Assembly (NCBI GenBank): GCA_963664295.1
Contig: OY760935.1
Span: 1,120,001-1,184,000, forward strand
DNA length: 64,000 nucleotides
Reading direction: 5' to 3'
Source: Candidatus Altimarinota bacterium
GTDB lineage: Bacteria; Patescibacteriota; Gracilibacteria; CAIRYL01; GCA-016699755
The notes below the pieces were generated by a model. That model saw only the letters and a program-made list of their open reading frames with translations. It ran no database searches and was not told the origin of the DNA. The position numbers and the translations under genes are program-made. Within the stretch, counting starts at the first letter, position 1; each line of letters opens with the position of its first letter. Below are positions 39,364 through 52,500 of the stretch, in pieces.

Positions 39364-40536
39364 TTATTTTTTATTGTGGCTATCGAGCCAAATTTTCATT
39401 GCCCGAGTTTTTTCTTTTAAGCCATCTGTTGTTGTTTTATCAGCTAGTTTTTTGATTGGATAGATGCATCCCGCAGGTGTATCTGCTGTAGTTTTATTGC
39501 TGGAAATTGTGGTTATTGTGTATGAAAATTGCAAACAATTTAAATGATGTTCGAGGCTTTGAACAGTTTCTAGGTCAATTGTTTGAAACATTTCTTCATA
39601 AACAATTAATTGGGAAAAATTTTTGGCAAATTGCCAATTTTCTTCAGCTTCTTCTGTTCTGCCAAAAACTTCGCTTCTTATGACGGCTGTGTCTATTTCT
39701 GCGCGTTCTGGTTCTTTTTCTTTCTCTTTTTGTTCTTTAAATTTTAGTTTTTCTTTATCTGAGTCTGTTAAATAGCCAACACCAAAACTAAACATTTTTC
39801 CTTTATATTTTATGCTGAGATTTTTTTTCATCCAATCTTCTGCGTTTTTTTTCGCATTTGCATTGATTTTATCGTAATCAAAATTAAAAAAATCTCTACC
39901 TTCAATCATGGCAGCAATTTTATCTAGCGTTTTTATTTTTGCTTCTAGTTCATCGTAAGATTGTTTTAATTTGCCAAAAATGCTTTTTGATTTTAAGTCA
40001 GGACATTTTTCTTCATTGTTATAAGAAGGGTCAAAATAGTCACCTTCACACTCACCTTCCTCTTTTTCAAGGTTTTCATTTGCTCCAAATTTTCTTAAGC
40101 AATTTATCTCTTTTCTTAGCTCTTTTATTTTTTCAGTTGCATAATTGATGTCCACTTTTACTGTTTCTTCATTAAATTCTCTTTCAGTTTCTTTTTGTGC
40201 TCCGCAGGCTATTTCTGATACAGGTGCTAATGTTGCTATTTTGCCTAATTCTTTTTCAAGATAATCAAGATCTTTTCTGAGGCAGGTGTTTTTTTGAGAA
40301 TCTTTGATTGTTTCTATAACATCTGTATCCGACATCATGGCAAGTCTTATTTTTATTCTTGCTGATGGATTGTCGCAACCACTGTTGTATTTTCCTATAT
40401 CTTCTTTTAGGGTTTCTATTTCTTCTGCTATTTCTCCAGCTTTGCCATTTACTCCATAAACTCCGTTGTAAGCAAATGTTGAGCTATTTGCGCTAAATAT
40501 TATTATGCCAATGATGAAAATAATTATTTTTTTCAT
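39364..40536 (-). CDS. Exported Cys-rich helical protein
   Basis: Signal peptide MKKIIIF...TFA; multiple Cys; TAATG coupling to the upstream gene. Confidence 0.8.
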   Translation of the reverse strand: MKKIIIFIIGIIIFSANSSTFAYNGVYGVNGKAGEIAEEIETLKEDIGKYNSGCDNPSARIKIRLAMMSDTDVIETIKDSQKNTCLRKDLDYLEKELGKIATLAPVSEIACGAQKETEREFNEETVKVDINYATEKIKELRKEINCLRKFGANENLEKEEGECEGDYFDPSYNNEEKCPDLKSKSIFGKLKQSYDELEAKIKTLDKIAAMIEGRDFFNFDYDKINANAKKNAEDWMKKNLSIKYKGKMFSFGVGYLTDSDKEKLKFKEQKEKEKEPERAEIDTAVIRSEVFGRTEEAEENWQFAKNFSQLIVYEEMFQTIDLETVQSLEHHLNCLQFSYTITTISSNKTTADTPAGCIYPIKKLADKTTTDGLKEKTRAMKIWLDSHNKK

Positions 40537-42149
40537 TAAGTGCTTTTGCAATCTATTTTTTTTGTATCTATTTGTTGAGCATTAGGAAACTCCATAAAAG
40601 TATTGTTTATTGCCTCTGCTGTGCCTGCAAATTCTTTAATTAATTGCAATATTTCTTCCCAATAATGTTGTTTTACTTCTGTTTTTCTATTTTCTAGTGC
40701 AGTTCTTTTGAATTTTTTAATTAAATCTTGATTAGCTTGGGCTAGGGGAGATTTTAAGTTTTTTATACTTTCTGCACATTTTGTTGATAAATCAATGGCA
40801 TCATAACCGCCTCCTCTTAGTGCTCCGCTAGGAATTCTATTTAAATAATTTTGACAATCAGCAGATAAAAGCATGTCTAGCATGTCACGATTTTTCATTA
40901 GTTGATCTGTATCACCATCGCCGTGAACATAAGAACCGCCAATTGGATAAGATTCAGCTTGGATAAAGTGAATTTCTTGAGCTACTGAGTAATCTTGGTC
41001 CCTTGTTGTGCGATCGCCTGATGGTGGTGGTTTTTTTTCTACAAATACATGGATATTAAATATTCCCAAAAACCAATTGCGAATATCCCAAATAACAGGC
41101 GTGTTTTTGCTTGGATTTAATGATTCTTTTTTTCTGTATGCTTCTTCTAGTTCTTCTGATGTGTAATTTACTAAACATTGTACACAGTTTGTTTTGGTGA
41201 CGTTTCTGTTGGGCGATCCTTTTATAAACTCAACATCAATACAAATAAAACCATTGCAAAATTCTTCCACGCAAAACATATTGCCAAACATACCAACTTC
41301 TTCGCCACCGCAAGCATCAGCGCCAACATTATCAATTGTATATGTACTTGGATATTGTCCTCCTTGATAATTATAATCCCAGCCTGTCCAATCTTGTTTT
41401 CTGTACCACTGGTTTGTTCCTAAGTTATTATCCTGATTTGGATTATTGGCCAAATTATTACTATCATCGTCTAAGATTATCAAGTTTGGATCTGCGCAAA
41501 TTGGCAATTCTTCAATTTCTGTGCAGTTTCCATCTTCATCACATACTATTATTGTTTGATTTTGATTACCATTATTATCTGTAATATTTGGAGGTGCATC
41601 ATAGCCGTCATCAATGGTATTGTTTTCATTTATTCCTGCATTATCGCCAGGGTTAATGCTCATATCATTGCCTTCATTTGCAAAAGGATCATACGTTCTA
41701 GCATTTGGTATTCTTGCTTCTTTTCCAAAATAAATTGTGTCGATTATATTTAAATCAACAACGAGATCAAATTCACTATCTGCCCTGGTGCCGTTTGACC
41801 AAATTTCTGTAGCGTAAGCAATTTCTTTTTCGAGATTTTCTATTTTTGCAACTGACCTTTCAAAGTCATATAAGTCATGAAGTTCGTTTAAGCATTGCTG
41901 AATTTCAGTACGATCCATATTTGCACAGATTTTTTTTACTTCTTTTAAGGTGGCAGTGCCATCTAGAATATCTTCAAGCTTACTGTCTGATAGTCCGGTT
42001 TGTTTACTTATTCTACTAATCACTGTTTTATGATCACTTTCTTTTACCTCTTTGTATATTTTTGAAAAATATTTATCATCAGCATTACTAATACTGAAAA
42101 TTAGCGTGTTTATTATTATGGCCGTCAGAATTAAAAATAGTTTTTTCAT
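40536..42149 (-). CDS. Exported Cys-rich protein
   Basis: Signal MKKLFLIL...SNA; NG...DSEFDLVVDL..ID segment, FCVEEFCNGFIC, NCVQC; ATGA coupling. Confidence 0.8.
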   Translation of the reverse strand: MKKLFLILTAIIINTLIFSISNADDKYFSKIYKEVKESDHKTVISRISKQTGLSDSKLEDILDGTATLKEVKKICANMDRTEIQQCLNELHDLYDFERSVAKIENLEKEIAYATEIWSNGTRADSEFDLVVDLNIIDTIYFGKEARIPNARTYDPFANEGNDMSINPGDNAGINENNTIDDGYDAPPNITDNNGNQNQTIIVCDEDGNCTEIEELPICADPNLIILDDDSNNLANNPNQDNNLGTNQWYRKQDWTGWDYNYQGGQYPSTYTIDNVGADACGGEEVGMFGNMFCVEEFCNGFICIDVEFIKGSPNRNVTKTNCVQCLVNYTSEELEEAYRKKESLNPSKNTPVIWDIRNWFLGIFNIHVFVEKKPPPSGDRTTRDQDYSVAQEIHFIQAESYPIGGSYVHGDGDTDQLMKNRDMLDMLLSADCQNYLNRIPSGALRGGGYDAIDLSTKCAESIKNLKSPLAQANQDLIKKFKRTALENRKTEVKQHYWEEILQLIKEFAGTAEAINNTFMEFPNAQQIDTKKIDCKST

Positions 42150-42859
42150 GCTTCGTAGCCACAATTAAGAAATTTTCCAGGTATTCTGACTAATTGTTCA
42201 AAATAATCTTTTAAAGCGTCTCTAGTCTCTTCTAAGCAAAAGGTTAAACACTCTAATCTGCGATGAATTACATAGGCCATTTGCATTTCTGACAAAGAAT
42301 CAAGCGCTATTCTTATAGCAATTCCTACTGTTTCGATTTCTTGGGCAATTTCGTCTTTAATCATTTTGTGACGCATGAACAAGGTGCTCATTTCACCTGT
42401 CCATTCTGATGATATTTCACTATTTTTTTCAGAAATCATTGTTGGGCTTTGAAGAGTGAGAAACAAAACACATTGATATTCTTGAGTTTCTAATAACACT
42501 CCTCGAGGTGGTTTTTCTTTTTCTTCTAACGCAAAATCAACAAAGCCAGCATTTTCTAAAGAGTCACTGGAGGTTTGTTCTATATCGCAATTTGAACATT
42601 TTTTTATTTTTTTACCTTTAGTTATGTCTTTGATTATCTCTTCAAAGCGTTTATCCATTTCTTTGTGAAATTTATCACGAATATCTTCCCAGTAGATTTC
42701 ATCTTCATACATATCAAACCAGGTGCTTTTTAGTGTTCCTGTTTGGTATTGTTCTAATAATTCATCACAACGAGGAATTTTCATTGTGTCTGCATGAGCA
42801 TTATTTAGTAAAATTAAGCTCAAAATTAGTGCCGATAATATTTTTTTACTTAATTGCAT
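42146..42859 (-). CDS. Exported Cys-containing helical protein
   Basis: Signal ending NNAHA; CSNC, YQC, HRRLECL, C-terminal Cys. Confidence 0.8.
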   Translation of the reverse strand: MQLSKKILSALILSLILLNNAHADTMKIPRCDELLEQYQTGTLKSTWFDMYEDEIYWEDIRDKFHKEMDKRFEEIIKDITKGKKIKKCSNCDIEQTSSDSLENAGFVDFALEEKEKPPRGVLLETQEYQCVLFLTLQSPTMISEKNSEISSEWTGEMSTLFMRHKMIKDEIAQEIETVGIAIRIALDSLSEMQMAYVIHRRLECLTFCLEETRDALKDYFEQLVRIPGKFLNCGYEA

Positions 42860-43524
42860 TTATCAACAATACATTCAATGTTTTCTAAAATATCAACAAC
42901 TTTATTTTTGAGGTCTACAACATCTTCCACTAAAAATTTCTCCAATCTTTCTGTGAGATCAGTTAATTTAAAAGCTAAAAAACCCATTTTTTTACGATTT
43001 GCATCTTTTCTTAGCAAATGAGGCATTACAATTTTTAATTGTTCTATTTTGAAATCAGCATGCATTATGCATTCGTTTCTAAGGCTTTGTAGTTCTGTTG
43101 TTGTATAAGTGAAAGCACAATTTTCGAGTGGCGCATTATTAAATTTTGTTTTTATGTCTTGTAGGCTCATTGTTTGACAGCCAAATCTATTGATAAAGAT
43201 TTTATTTGCGTTTTGAAGAGTTGAGTTTTTTTCTTCACCTGTTTTGCCAGCAAATTGATTTGCTCCACCGCAAATCCAGTACAAATGACAACGATATGTG
43301 CGAATTATTTGAGGAAAAGATTCTGCAAGTTCGGAAGTATTTTTATTATTTTGATTCATTAAATTTTCCAAGACTTCATACAGTTCTTGATCTGCACTAT
43401 CGAAGGCTTGGCACCAGGCATTGCGACAAGAATCAATTTTACTAATTTCTTCTTCTGCTGAAAAACAGGGAATAGTATTAAAAAATAAAATTAAGCCTGT
43501 AATTATTGATAAAATTTTTTGCAT
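42850..43524 (-). CDS. Exported Cys-containing helical protein
   Basis: Signal MQKILS...FSA; YRCHLYWIC, C-terminal CIVDKCN; starts immediately after the stop of the giant gene. Confidence 0.8.
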   Translation of the reverse strand: MQKILSIITGLILFFNTIPCFSAEEEISKIDSCRNAWCQAFDSADQELYEVLENLMNQNNKNTSELAESFPQIIRTYRCHLYWICGGANQFAGKTGEEKNSTLQNANKIFINRFGCQTMSLQDIKTKFNNAPLENCAFTYTTTELQSLRNECIMHADFKIEQLKIVMPHLLRKDANRKKMGFLAFKLTDLTERLEKFLVEDVVDLKNKVVDILENIECIVDKCN

Positions 43525-46500
43525 TTATTCGGTTATAAGATAAGTTGTGCTTTTTGAAAATATTTTTAAGTTATCCTCGCTAATAATAGCAGAAAATATA
43601 TAATCTCCTTTGTAAATATCGGCTAGATAGTCTAGAAATGCACATAATTCTATGTTGCCATGAGTTATGTGAGTTCCTGGTGTGTTATCGAGATTGTTTT
43701 CAGGATTGTCTAAAGGGTCTATTACATCGGGACATTGATTATTTGGTAGCTCAGGACAGTCGCCATCATCGCCATCATCGCCGTTATCCCCACCATCATC
43801 ATCCCCGTCATCATCCCCACCATTATTATCACCGTCATCGCCATCATCACCGTTATCTCCATCATTATCATCACCGTCATCACCGTTATCTCCATCATTA
43901 TCATCACCGTCATCACCGTTATCTCCACCATTATCATCACCGTCATCACCGTTATCCCCACCATTATCATCGCCATCATCACCGTTATCCCCACCATCAT
44001 CCCCACCATTATCATCGCCATCATCACCGTTATCCCCACCATCATCCCCACCATTATCATCGCCATCATCACCGTTATCCCCACCATTATCATCGCCATC
44101 ATCGCCGTTATCGCCATCATCGCCGTTATCACCATCATCACCGTTATCCCCATCATCACCGTCATCATCCCCACCATTATCATCGCCATCATCGCCGTTA
44201 TCACCATCATCACCGTTATCCCCACCATTATCATCCCCGTCATCCCCGTCATCCCCACCATTATCATCCCCGTCATCCCCACCATTATCATCCCCGTCAT
44301 CACTTGAATTAAGTGGATTTTTGCCTTGTTTATATTCTTCTAGGTTGATTAGACCTCCGCCATCTGTATCTTCATTAGCATCACTAGGGTCATATTTATT
44401 TAAACCATATTTGTCTTCCCAATAATCTGGCATACCATCTCCGTCAGAGTCTTGCATGTTATTATCCTCGTTATCGCCACCATCATCATCCCCGTCATCC
44501 CCGTCATCACTTGAATTAAGTGGATTTTTGCCTTGTTTATATTCTTCTAGGTTGATTAGACCTCCGCCATCTGTATCTTCATTAGCATCACTAGGGTCAT
44601 ATTTATTTAAACCATATTTGTCTTCCCAATAATCTGGCATACCATCTCCGTCAGAGTCAATATTGTCAGATTGTTGAGGATTAGTTTTATTTTGATATTC
44701 TGTGAGACTATTAAATCCATCATTATCTGAGTCATAATCGGCATCATTAGGATTATATTTATCTAAATTATTACTATTTTCCCAATAATCCGGCATACCA
44801 TCATAATCAGAATCCCAAAGATTATCATCATTAGAGCCTAATGGGTCTGTTTTGTATTGATATTCATAAAGATTATTTGCACCTCCGCCATCTGTATCTT
44901 CATTAGCATCACTAGGGTTATATTTATTTAAACCATATTTGTCTTCCCAATAATCTGGCATACCATCTCCGTCAGAGTCTTGAGAGTTGTCATCATTGCT
45001 ATTATTTGGATCTGTATTATTTCTAAATTCTGCTAAGTTATCTGCTCCGCTAAAATCAAAATCCATAGATGCATCTTGTGGGTCAAATTCATTTAATCCA
45101 TATTTTATTTCCCAATAATCCGGCAATCCATCAAAATCACTATCTGTTATTCGGCAATCTTTTATGTCGAGTACTTTTTTTGCCATCATTGCAAATTCTC
45201 CTCTACTAATTTCTTCGTCAGGGAAGGTGAAACCGCTTTTATTACTTATTATGCCTAAGTTATCAGCAGTAATTATGTAGTCTTTATACCAAGCATCATC
45301 GTTGACATCTATAATTAAATGTTTTGCTTCTGTTTCTAGGCTTATTCCTGCTTGTCTTAGAATTATTGCAACTGCTTCTGCTCGAGATATATTCCAACTT
45401 GGCTGAAAATAACCATCACCAAAACCCATAACCATTTTAAAATTTTTGGCTTTTACAACACAAAAATGGTACCAATCATTCTCAGAAACATCTGGGAATG
45501 GATTTTTTTCTGAATAACGCTCTAATTCTTTTTCGCTTGGGGTTGTGCAGTCTAAACAAGTAGTTGCGCCTAAGGCGATTTTTACAAACTCAGCACGAGT
45601 AATTTTATCATTTGCGCGGAAAGTATTATCTGCAAACCCGCTTAAGATATTACGATTATATAAATCTAAAATTGCTTCATAAGCAGGATGAGCTTTGTCT
45701 ATGTCAGAAAATGGCAATTCTTTTTTTATTTCTTCGCTTGCACCAAATAAGGATTGGTGTTTTTTTGTGTCAAAAAATGCTGTTTCCGCTGTATTTTCAT
45801 TGATTATGTATTGTTTTTGATTAATATATATATCTTCAAAAATAGTGTGAATATAAACTTCAAATATTGCTTGTCCTTGGTAAATTATTTGAAAAACAAC
45901 TGGTTCTTCAGGGCTTGTGGTTTCTTTGATTCTTAGGTCTAAATTATTTTCATCTAAGAAAATAATTGAGCCTTTTGCAGAAATTGCTGTGATTAACTCA
46001 TTTGTCTCATTGTTGTAAATTACCATGCCGCCAGGAATATTTTTTGCGTCTGCTGGCACACCTCCTGTAATAAATTTATCAGATTGATTGGTGTCAAATA
46101 AAATCACGCCAGAGGCATTTTTAGCTTTTTCTGTTGTCATTGGGCTTGTTTCCAGTTTTACATCTGAATTTGTGTCAGCAACATAATAAACATTGGCAAT
46201 TGTATAAGCTGTTATTTCTTCAATTAAACCTATTCTTGTTGGTAAGTTTTCTGTTGCAGAAAATGCTTTTAGTTTGTAGTTTTCTTTTTCTAATTTTATT
46301 CTGCCGTTTTCTCCAGAAATTATTGCTACTATTTCTCCTAAGCTGTCTTTTACTACTGCATCAGGTGATAAATTAAAATCATCAATGTAATATTCAGAAA
46401 ATTCATCAGAAAAATAACGCCCATTCTCATTTGCAGAAGGAGTTTGTATTAGCTTATATTCATCCCAGCGTTTTCGCATTAAAACAAAAGGCATGTTTTC

Positions 46501-49500
46501 TGTTTCTGGGTTTATTTCTCCTTTAGCTATTCTGTTTTGTATGTCTCCATCAAGACTGATATCCGGAGTATATACTCTGATTATTATTTCTTGTTCTGTT
46601 TCATTGCCAGACTGATCTGCGATTGTGATATTAATTGGATAATCACCAGGTTCTATATATGGACCAACTATTGCTGTTTCACCTGTTTGTCCGTCTGGCC
46701 AGGTGATATTAACCTCACTTTCAAAATCAAAAACACCAATAAGGTTTAATTCTGTTTCCCTGAGTAATGGGACATTGAACACAGTTTCCCCTGAGTAGAT
46801 TGGTGGATCTTCATCATTTTCTTTTAGTGGAGCTAGTAGTTTTTGTTCAGAGTAAGTAGAAAAATCATCATTAAAAATTTGCCTTATTCTTGCATGATAA
46901 AATCCTTCTTCAAGTGGTAGCGCAAGTCTATTATTTTTTAAGGTGGATATATAGAACTTATCTGCCTCTATTGTGTGATTTCCAATTTGAATTTCATTTA
47001 AATCATCAATCCATTCGTTTTGAGTAATATTTTCTGGAATTAAGTCTTCTGCTAACAAAAGCACTTCTCTGTTTTCAGTGGAATTATCTTTATTAAATCC
47101 TGATACTGTATTTTTGATTGAAATTTGCATGCCTAATAAATCTTCTTCAAATCCATCAAACCAGCTCAAGCTTACTTCATTTGCATAATTTGAAGCGTCA
47201 AAATTTTTAAGAGCAGGTCTGTAGGGGATTAAGTCTTCAAAAACACCAATTTGTGGATCAAAAGGAAATATTGATTTTGCATTATTAGTTTCCTGATTTT
47301 TTTTGAGATAAATATTATTGTCTAATGCATAGATAAAATCTTCATCACTATCGTCATCAACATCAATGAAAATCATTTTTTTAATATCATCTGCTTCTTC
47401 ACTGTAGTTCATTAATTTTTCACCTGTGCCGGTTTGGGAATTTATAATAAAAACTCCTTGTCTATATATTCCTGTAGCAGCTGTGTTGTCTGATATTGCA
47501 CAAGCTTGATTGTTTTGATTTTGACCATCTCCTGCATCTAGCAGGGTTGGCGTGTTGTCGGCAATGAGATTTTGCCAGGCATCATTGCTGTTATTATTTG
47601 TCATTATCTTCTCTAGCTCAGCGGTGAACATTGTGTCAGGATTTTCCTCAAAAGCTATTTCAATATTATTTGTAGCTATTAGTGTTTTGCTTTCTTCTTC
47701 TAAAATATTTTTTTCTTTTGCAATTAAAGTTTTCATTTGCTCTAGTTTTGCAATTGAGTCGGGCTTGTTTTTGAGTTTTATTGGCTTTAGTCCAAGTTCT
47801 CTGTGAATTTCAGAAACATCTTTAAGTTCATAATTGCCTGAATTTATTTTGTTAATTAAAAAGTTAAGGTTTTTTGATTCTGCTTGGAATGCTGTTATTA
47901 GTGCTTCTGCTTGTTGGCTATTATTTTCTGTTTGATTTTGACTTGTGAAATCAATTTCTTCCTCTCTTTTATCTAGCCAGTCTTCAAAGGTTTCTCCGTC
48001 TTCACCCATTTCTATATCTCCTAGATCAATATTGTAATCTTTTTCAAATTCTTCGGTTTTTGACATGTAATAATCCCAGATTGCTTTAATGTCTTTTGTA
48101 AATTTTCTTGCTTTTTTTTCTGCCTCGTTTGTTAAGTCAGTCACTGCGTCGTTCCACGGTCTTACTTTTTCTCTAACATATTCAACAATTTGATCAAACT
48201 CCATTTCTAGGTTTACTTTTACCGTCACTCGTACTTCTTTGAAAGCAGTCATGTCGATATCTGGAATGTCTATTCTGAAAAAGTCAAAAGGCATAAGACC
48301 TTTTCCTCTAAGGGTTGCTCCTTCAACAAAGCCTTTAATACTAAATTCAGGATAAATACCATTATAGTACTTCATTAGTAAGCACCAAATCCAAAGCATT
48401 TTGTCGATTGTTTCTAAAATAGAAGCAAGGGTAGAAAAAATATCCGGTAGTTTTGGTGGTGGTGGCAAATCAGGCAAATCAGGCAATGGTATGTCTGGTA
48501 GCTCTGGCAAATCAGGCAAATCAGGTAGCTCTGGCAAGAGAGGTAAGCCTGGTAAGTTAATATTTATATTAGGAAGATCAGGCAGAGACAGGCGAGGTAA
48601 TTTAGGAAATTTAACACGCTCTGGCACAAGTCTAAGTTTTGGTATTTGTACTTCCAATCGAACTTTAATTTGCGAGAGGTCGATTGTTATGTCTGGCAAT
48701 CTTGGAAGTTTTATTACAGGCGGAGTTGGTATGAGAGACATTAAAATTTGCCAGATATCAAAGTTAAGAGAGCATTGCTCATTCATGCAAACATCGCATT
48801 GAGTGTTAAAATCATGAATAATATCAAATATTTTTTGAATACTCTTAAAAATTTCTTTAATTGTTTGAATTAGCTCAATCCATTTTTCTAGTCTTATTTT
48901 GTTGCGATAAAGCCAGCCACCAAGTAAATCAATAATTTTATCTATATAACACATTACTGTGTCTAAATATCTAGCTAGCTGTGCATCCCAACCTGCTAGA
49001 ATTTCTGCAAGATTAAAGTATGATTTTAAGATTTCTATGTTTTGATCTATGCTCTTTAAAAGACTGTTTAAATCAACAGTAATTCTTTGACCTATTGCCA
49101 TCATTGCATTGCATTCTTTTTCTGGTGTTCCTTCTGCACATTTTAACGCTAAATGCACCCCATCATCATCACACTCTAGCCAGTCAACTCGATTACATTC
49201 ATTTTTTAGATCTCTTTTCCATAATTCAAAATCTTCTAAGATTGCCCTTATTTCTCTTTGAGTTAAATAAGGCACTTTTAGCTCAATCACTTCTCTTTTA
49301 ATTTCAATAAAAGGTACTCTGTTTAAAAATGTCCAGATATCATCAATTTTATCAATTGCTCCACTTGTTGCTTGTGCTACCTTGCTGTTTGCTATTTTAT
49401 CTTCCAGATTTTGTGCTTTTTCTTGTCTTTCTTGATATTTTTGCTTTTTTTCTTCTAATTTTTGGATTTTTTTGTTTATTTCCTTGGTTTCATCAGCGCT

Positions 49501-52500
49501 TTTTCCGGTTTTACTTTCAGTGAGTGTTTTTATTTCTCCAGTTGTATTTTTAATTTTATCTCCATAATAAGAAGATATTTTTTTATCAGATAAATCAATA
49601 TCGGAATCGAATGTGCTTCCAAAGAAGTTTTTTTCATCGTCACTAAGTTCATCAATAGATTTTAAGCTAAATATTTTACTAATATCTGGTAAATAGAAAG
49701 TAAGATTGGGCAACGTAAGCATTGCTCTTACTTCATACCATTGCTCAGTGAGCCATCTATCAAAAAATTCTGGAATAGCAAATATTCTGCGATTAGAAAT
49801 ATTTTCTAAATCAAAAGAAAAAGTTCCTAAGTCAAAATTTAATTTATAATCTGCATTACTTGGGGTGACTTTTTGTAATGTTCCCTCATAGCCATCAATA
49901 TTAAATACAGACTTGCCTCCTAATGAGCTTGCAAAACCACTAGCGCCTGAGCCAATACTAGAAACAGCGTTATTTATTTTATCGCACAAGCTACTGGTTC
50001 CAGGTATAGAAGTGGCAGTCATGATACATTTGCCTACTGTCCAGTCATAGCCCTGACAAAAAACAATTCCCATTGCGCCGGTAAGAGTTGGAGATAGATA
50101 TAAACGCCAAATTCCTGCACATGCACCACCATAAGGAAAGCAACTTGAGCCAGAACAAGGTGCTGGTTCACAGAATGGTTGTTGTAGAGCCATACCAATT
50201 ACTGGCACAGCATTTGCAGTAAAGCCAACTTTAGCAGCCAGACCATTAGGCATACAGCTTCCTATTGGTCCAGGAACCAAAAAAGCATAGTTAATTGGTA
50301 TTGGCAAACAAGCATTTCCTCTGCAAGTTAATCCTTCTAGAAGCTTAATAGCAGAATCTAGTTGCATGTTTTGTTCTGCTAAAAAGTCCTCTACATCTTG
50401 TGGAAGCAAAAAGCCTATTTTTCCGTCGGCATGATCATCGTCAGTGTTTACATAATTATCCCAACTGTCTGGTATGCCATCATTATCAGAGTCAGTTGTG
50501 TTTTGACTTATTGTTGGTTCAACATAGTCAGGCATTCCATCTTGGTTTACATCAGCCTCAAAAACATCTGGTATGCCATTTCCATCTGCATCTGTGTAAT
50601 AATTGCTAGTTAAATTTTCTGGTAATTCAGTTGGGTTATCAGCAACTTCTTTAATAACAAAATTTCGATTGTCCGCATTAAATATATTTAAAGCTGGCAA
50701 GCTTGCATTTGGAAAATTAATAAAAATATCCAATTTATCATCAAGAGGGTAATCATTACTGCTTAAATAAGCACCTTCTATGTTTATATTTAAATTATCC
50801 TGATATAAAGATTGATAACTAATTTGAACCAGTTCGCCATTTTTTGCAGTTATTTCATTAAATCTAAGATAAGAATTTAGATAATCAGGAGTATTGATAA
50901 AATAATTTTCTCCGCAATTTTCACAAGTAATAGTATGCTCTAAAATACTCATTTCAGGCTGAATTTGATCAGCAATATAAATTATTTGATCTTGCCCAGA
51001 GTTATTTTTAAATTCAATATAATTTTCTATAACATCGCCGTCTTCGAGATTATCGCCATTGCTATCAAGAATTTGACGTGAAGTTTCGATAAAATCGCTA
51101 TTGTCTGTAATTGATACAAAAAGTTTTTTTTCTGTATTGATATTAGTATATTGATCAAAGTTGGCGCCAAGTTCGTCTTGCAAGCTAAGCATTATTGCTG
51201 TTTGTTGCATTATTTCATCTTGATTTGCGTTTGGGTTTTGTGCCTCAGTGTAGGCAAGCATTGCATCTTCATTATTTGCATATTCTTCCTCCTTTGTTAT
51301 TGGTAAATAAAATGAATTTTCATTTGTGCCAATGTTTTCAACTCCTTCATAGGAAATATATATTTTTTCATTGCTATTATTTTCGTTTAACGAAACAGCA
51401 AAACTTTGAATTAGATCATAATTTTCTTCAAAGCCACTTTCTGCGCCCCAATAAATAATAAGTTCGTTTTTATTTGTAAAGGCAAGAAAGTCAACAAAAG
51501 AGTCATTGTCAAAATCTTTTATTAAAACTTTTTTAAAAGGCCCCATATTTTCGAGTTCTGTTTTTGTTATTACTTCATTGTTATTTTCAAAACTAATTGT
51601 TTTATTATTCTCAAAGCCAGCTATAACATCATCATGTCTATTTTCACTTGGTATTACATCAGAATAATTAGGTTCATAAGGATAAGCTGTAATATCGCCA
51701 AGATTTTTTAAATTATTGCCATCAATTACTCTTTGTTCTCCATTTTCCGAAGAAATTAAAAGATCTTTTTTATTATCACCATTAAAATCAACTAGATCTA
51801 AATCTTTGATATAAAAATTTTCATCAGAAAAAATTTCTTCACCAATAGTTTTATTAAATCCTTCTATTTTTGCTGATGGTTTTTCTAAGCTTAAAGTTGG
51901 ATCACCTAAAACAATAGTAGCAGGTTTGTTGATACTTTTGCTGGCTTGTCCAAGATTTTCACCACCTGCAAGAAGCAAGGCAAATTTATTTTCATTTTCC
52001 CAACCAAAATTATATTCATTTTTTAATAAACTAACTTCATCTTCGCTAATTATTATATAACCTTTTTCACTTCCTTCTATAAAATTTTCTAAAACAGAGT
52101 CGTTATCTATTTCAATTGTTCTAAATTCATAATTTTTTATATGAATTTGTCCAACAATAAGATCTTGATCATAAATAAGAGAAAATAATCCATTTTCTTC
52201 ATAATTTAATGCAAACCTATTGTCATAAAAATTAAAGTGACCATCTTTATTTATGGTTAAGACATCAGCTTCTTCAAATTTTATTGTCAGTAAATCATTT
52301 TCCACAAGAGCACTTACTGTGCCTGATTGGTCAAAATTATCAAAAGCAATTCCGTTATTAAAAGTTTCTACATAATTAGCGCTAAGATCTGCATTGTTGT
52401 CTAAAAATAAACTTAGTTCACTTAATGTTTTTCCGCTATTACTATCAAATATTTTTAGCCTTAATGGTTGTGCAGAATAAACAATTGGTTTTATCCACAA

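Noticed and set aside
43638-44312. His-rich (+) and Met-rich (-) ORFs
   Set aside because: Alternative-frame shadows of the Asp/Gly minisatellite in the giant gene
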